Source of the DNA: an uncultured Spirochaetota bacterium
GTDB taxonomy: Bacteria > Spirochaetota > UBA4802 > UBA5550
Direction: 5' to 3'
Assembly (NCBI GenBank): GCA_963827275.1
Contig: CAWHAA010000008.1
Span: forward strand, 384,001-448,000
Length of the DNA: 64,000 nt
In this document: positions 60,973 to 64,000 of the stretch, one piece after another
Numbering within the stretch: the stretch's first letter is position 1
Layout of the letters: the number at the start of each line of letters is the position of its first letter
Translations under genes and position numbers: made by a program
Notes under the pieces: generated by a model
The model's database searches: none
What the model was told of the DNA's origin: nothing
Seen by the model: the letters and a program-made list of their open reading frames with translations, nothing else

Positions 60973-61326
60973 CTAACGGCCGGCTGTCGATATTTTTATC
61001 CCGCAGCACTGCGCTATGTTCATCTGCTTTTCCACGTTCGTTTTCAGGACTGTCTCGATGCAGCCGATGAAGTCGAGCACGCAGGGACAGCAGAGCGTAT
61101 AGTAGATGCTGGTGCCGCGCTTTTCGTCGAGGACCAGGCCGACGTTTTTCAGCACGCTCAGGTGCTTGGACACGGTGGAGACGTCCGAGCCGATCATGTC
61201 GGTGAGCTCGTTCACGCACCGTTCCGCCTTGTGCAGCTCCTCGATGATGAAGAGACGCGTGGGGTGTCCCATTGCCTTGAGTATGTTCGCCCTGGCCTCG
61301 TATTGCGGGTGCAGTTTCTGTTCCAT
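60973..61326 (-). CDS. arsR: ArsR/SmtB-family repressor
   Basis: KAMGHPTRL, STVSKHLSVLKNVGLV wHTH; Cys-rich C-terminus. Confidence 0.93.
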   Translation of the reverse strand: MEQKLHPQYEARANILKAMGHPTRLFIIEELHKAERCVNELTDMIGSDVSTVSKHLSVLKNVGLVLDEKRGTSIYYTLCCPCVLDFIGCIETVLKTNVEKQMNIAQCCGIKISTAGR

Positions 61327-61339
61327 TGTTCGCGCTCCT

Positions 61340-61642
61340 TCAGCAGCAACTGGTTGATTGCCCGCCGGCCGGGCCGCCGCAGTCGCAGGACGGCTCGCTA
61401 CCGGTCAGCATGCCCTTGATGATCGCCGCGGCGCAGCCCACGCCCGAGCCGACCGTGAGCGCGCCGAACTCGCAGTTCAGGGCGCAGGCGCCGCATTCCA
61501 TGCAGAGGTCTTTGTCGGTGATATGCGCTTTCCCCTCCCGCATCTCGAATACCGCGTGCGGGCACACCTCGGTGCAGCGGCGGCACCCGGTGCATTTTTC
61601 CCGGTCGTACGCGAGCGTGGCCACGTTTTTCAGATATTTCAT
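61340..61642 (-). CDS. hgcB: Mercury methylation ferredoxin HgcB
   Basis: CTGCRRCTEVCPH, CMECGACALNC, GVGCAAA, terminal CC; ATGA overlap with hgcA. Confidence 0.95.
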   Translation of the reverse strand: MKYLKNVATLAYDREKCTGCRRCTEVCPHAVFEMREGKAHITDKDLCMECGACALNCEFGALTVGSGVGCAAAIIKGMLTGSEPSCDCGGPAGGQSTSCC

Positions 61643-62832
61643 ATGAGCCCCCATGATTCCAGTTTATAGAGTATGACGAGGACTATCGTTGTCGCCAGCC
61701 CGGCGATGTATATCGGCAGCCAGAGCTTCAGCTCTTTTTTGACCCCGCTTATGGTGGTGAAGGTGGTCGCGCCGGTGAACTGGAGCGCCAGGTACGAGGA
61801 GAGGAGCGGGAAGAGAACCAGCGCTGCCGTTTTTAACAACAGGGAGTTCCCGCCGAGCGGTGTCGCGAGCACCAGGGGTGCGACTGCGGCGGCCCCGGCA
61901 ACGAGCCCCTTCACCGCAAATGAACGGAACGGGATGAAGGGGAGGAGCGCCGGCGTGACAAAGGCACCCGCCAGGACGCCTGTCATGCAGAGGAGAATAA
62001 CGGGCCAGCCCTCTGACCAGGCGCTGTTCCATAAAATGCCTTCAGGCTGTATCCCGAATATCACGAGGATGATCAGCGCCGCGAGGGGAAATTTCCTGAA
62101 GGCCTGGTTCAGCTCGATCGGGACAAGGACCAGGCGGTCACCCAGGGTGAACCGGATCGTCCTCATCGCAGGAGTGGCGCTGCATCCCGCCCTGATATAT
62201 TCCGGGATGTCGTTCGCGTCCACGGGCCCGAAGCGCACGCTGAAACCGGTCTTCTTTTTAACCTCCGCGGCATTGACCCCGGTGGCGCCGAGCTGGGGCA
62301 CGATGAGGCGCCGGTGCCCGACCAGCTGTGCCAGGTTCAGCCCGAGAACGCGCTTCACGAGCTCCCCGGTGCCGAAGGTGCCTTTGCCGGCAGCGCACCA
62401 GACGTTGATCCCCTTCGTATCGAGGACCAGTATCCAGCCGTTCATGCCCGCGAGCGAGCGGCGGAGCATATCAAATGAAAGCTTGTAGTTTGCCGACACG
62501 AAAATATCGGACCCCGCGTCCGGTGCGCCCACCGCGTACAGCCCGGGCCGTACCGCATAGTGCTCCCTGAATGCGCTGATGCGGGAGCGGAACCGGCCCC
62601 ATCGGTCGGATCTGGTCCACCCTGCTGCGACGACCGGCACCAGCCCGGAAGATGTGTTCAGGACACCGGTAACCCAGGGCTCCTTGCCCTGGGTAATATC
62701 CGATAATGACTGGAGCGCCCGGAGGTTCACCCGGGGCCCGCGTGCCAGTACGCCCTGATTTTTTTGCCCGCCGCAGCAGGACTGTTGCGGCGTATTCTCT
62801 GCCGGTTTTGCATACATTTCTAGAGGTTTCAT
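61639..62832 (-). CDS. hgcA: Mercury methylation corrinoid protein HgcA
   Basis: Cap helix NVWCAAGK (62383-62406); PGLYAVG, SANYKLSFD, PQLGATG; C-terminal TM domain with FTGATTFT. Confidence 0.97.
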   Translation of the reverse strand: MKPLEMYAKPAENTPQQSCCGGQKNQGVLARGPRVNLRALQSLSDITQGKEPWVTGVLNTSSGLVPVVAAGWTRSDRWGRFRSRISAFREHYAVRPGLYAVGAPDAGSDIFVSANYKLSFDMLRRSLAGMNGWILVLDTKGINVWCAAGKGTFGTGELVKRVLGLNLAQLVGHRRLIVPQLGATGVNAAEVKKKTGFSVRFGPVDANDIPEYIRAGCSATPAMRTIRFTLGDRLVLVPIELNQAFRKFPLAALIILVIFGIQPEGILWNSAWSEGWPVILLCMTGVLAGAFVTPALLPFIPFRSFAVKGLVAGAAAVAPLVLATPLGGNSLLLKTAALVLFPLLSSYLALQFTGATTFTTISGVKKELKLWLPIYIAGLATTIVLVILYKLESWGLI

Positions 62833-62856
62833 ACTACTACACTTTAATCATTGTAT

Positions 62857-62892
62857 ATTTGGCAATATAGCCAATTAACCAATGAATGTCAA
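62857..62892 (-). promoter_or_regulatory. sigma70 promoter of the hgc-ars operon with overlapping ArsR-type operator
   Basis: TTGACA(62892-87)-N17-TATATT(62869-64); inverted repeat TTGGC(62859-63)-N6-GCCAA(62870-74) brackets the -10 box. Confidence 0.75.
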
Positions 62893-63055
62893 GAATCATT
62901 TTTCCCAGCAAGAAAATTTTAAAGCAAGGATTACCGGTTATTGTAACATCGTCAGGTGCGGATTGATGGACATGGAATACGCCTGCGCTGAAGAGGGTAT
63001 GCCGCATGGCGTGCGCACTATGCCGGCACGGCGCATCATCCCGGCATCCGGCCTG

Positions 63056-64000
63056 TCATGCGGGGGACTCTCCTTCAGATTTCTGATACCGGTCTGCTTC
63101 CTGTCCGCCCCTGTTGTCCCGCCGGTACCGCTCGGGCGTGGTCCCCATGTAGCGGGGAAACAGGCGGTTGAAGGTCCGGATGCTGTCGAACCCGACCGAT
63201 GACGCGATGGTCATGACGCTCTCTTCATCGCGCACCAGTTTGTCCGCGGCTTCACGCATGCGGAGCTCGTTTATGTAATCACCCAGTTTTTTGCCGGTGT
63301 ATTTTTTAAAAAGACGGCTCAGGCTGTCGGGATGCACCTCAGCCTGGCCGGCAAGAAATGAACGGGAGAGATGAGCCGTATAGTTGTCGTTGATGTAGTC
63401 AGCCACCTGTAAAATTCTCGTGCGCGGATTGGCCGCTCCCTGGTCGGCGCCGCCCCGTCTCTTCCGCGCGGCCGCGACCATCTTCAGTTTTTCACCGAGC
63501 AGGGCGTTCTCTATGACGAAGCTCTCAAGGCTGTTGTTGAGGTCTTCCACCTCGTCCATCATCCGTATGAACCGGATGGTAAGCACCAGCGCGCTGCCGA
63601 TGAAAAACACGGCGGCCGCGTAGGGGAATATCATGTACTGGAAAGCGATACCCCAGCGGGCCATGTCATTGCCGGTCAGCTTGAGGAAGAATATGCCCCC
63701 GTCATGGAGGGCCCCCATGATGGCGATGATGCCGAAAAAGCTGAAGATTTTCGCGTAGGGGTGTTTTTTTATCAGGGCGGATACGTGGCAGGAGATGTTG
63801 TACATGCCCACGAGACAGGCAAGGGCGGTCAGCACGGAACCGGAGTTCCGTACGATTCCGCCCCGTGTCTCTTCGGTGATGAAAAAAAAGATGAACAGGG
63901 CCACCACTGCGAGATAGGTCCAGAGCGCCACCTCGATTTTTTTTCTGGCCAGCCCGTAAACGCGGTGCAGGAAAATGGGGTGCACGGCCGTGATCGCGAC
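63056..64000 (-). CDS. Membrane-anchored AraC-family regulator, C-terminal part (runs off window end)
   Basis: TM helices, coiled coil, HPDSLSRLFKKYTG...VGFDSIRTFNRLF...TPERYR. Confidence 0.88.
   Translation of the reverse strand, partial: VAITAVHPIFLHRVYGLARKKIEVALWTYLAVVALFIFFFITEETRGGIVRNSGSVLTALACLVGMYNISCHVSALIKKHPYAKIFSFFGIIAIMGALHDGGIFFLKLTGNDMARWGIAFQYMIFPYAAAVFFIGSALVLTIRFIRMMDEVEDLNNSLESFVIENALLGEKLKMVAAARKRRGGADQGAANPRTRILQVADYINDNYTAHLSRSFLAGQAEVHPDSLSRLFKKYTGKKLGDYINELRMREAADKLVRDEESVMTIASSVGFDSIRTFNRLFPRYMGTTPERYRRDNRGGQEADRYQKSEGESPA

Noticed and set aside
61639..62832. CO dehydrogenase/acetyl-CoA synthase corrinoid subunit (CdhE/AcsC) instead of HgcA
   Set aside because: Intact NVWCAAGK cap helix, C-terminal TM domain and adjacent HgcB with CMECGA and terminal CC
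62760..62832. Selenocysteine in the HgcA N-terminal extension
   Set aside because: The motif is encoded as Cys-Cys (TGC TGC) with no in-frame TGA
56230..63055. hgc-ars operon as a mobile element
   Set aside because: No transposase, integrase or flanking repeats seen; arsP looks somewhat AT-richer, but that alone is insufficient

Overview
GC-rich bacterial chromosomal segment, most likely from an uncultured, anaerobic Leptospira-related spirochete. This is inferred from a LigB-like lipoprotein, Leptospira-type lipoproteins and OM barrels, a carD-PIN/TRAM pair and Fe-S proteins. Core genes are tmRNA, uvrD/pcrA, the rimP-nusA-infB-rbfA-truB-rpsO-pnp operon and glyS. Main highlights: (1) the mercury-methylation genes hgcAB head a tightly coupled 10-gene arsenic operon (hgcA-hgcB-arsR-arsP-arsE-like-DGC-arsF-arsG-acr3-arsC), with a sigma70 promoter whose -10 box is bracketed by an ArsR-type inverted repeat; (2) a full LigB/LigC-type adhesin, including the distinctive C-terminal domain, lies behind OM beta-barrel genes; (3) an ACT-malic-enzyme homologue has lost every catalytic and NAD-binding motif; (4) a ~135-nt structured intergenic element of unknown type. 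Several housekeeping genes (PBP1A, carD, M16, M23) are broken by small indels, mostly in short C/G runs, probably assembly errors. No CRISPR array, integrase, transposase, tRNA or rRNA was seen. All family assignments come from motif recognition, not database searches.
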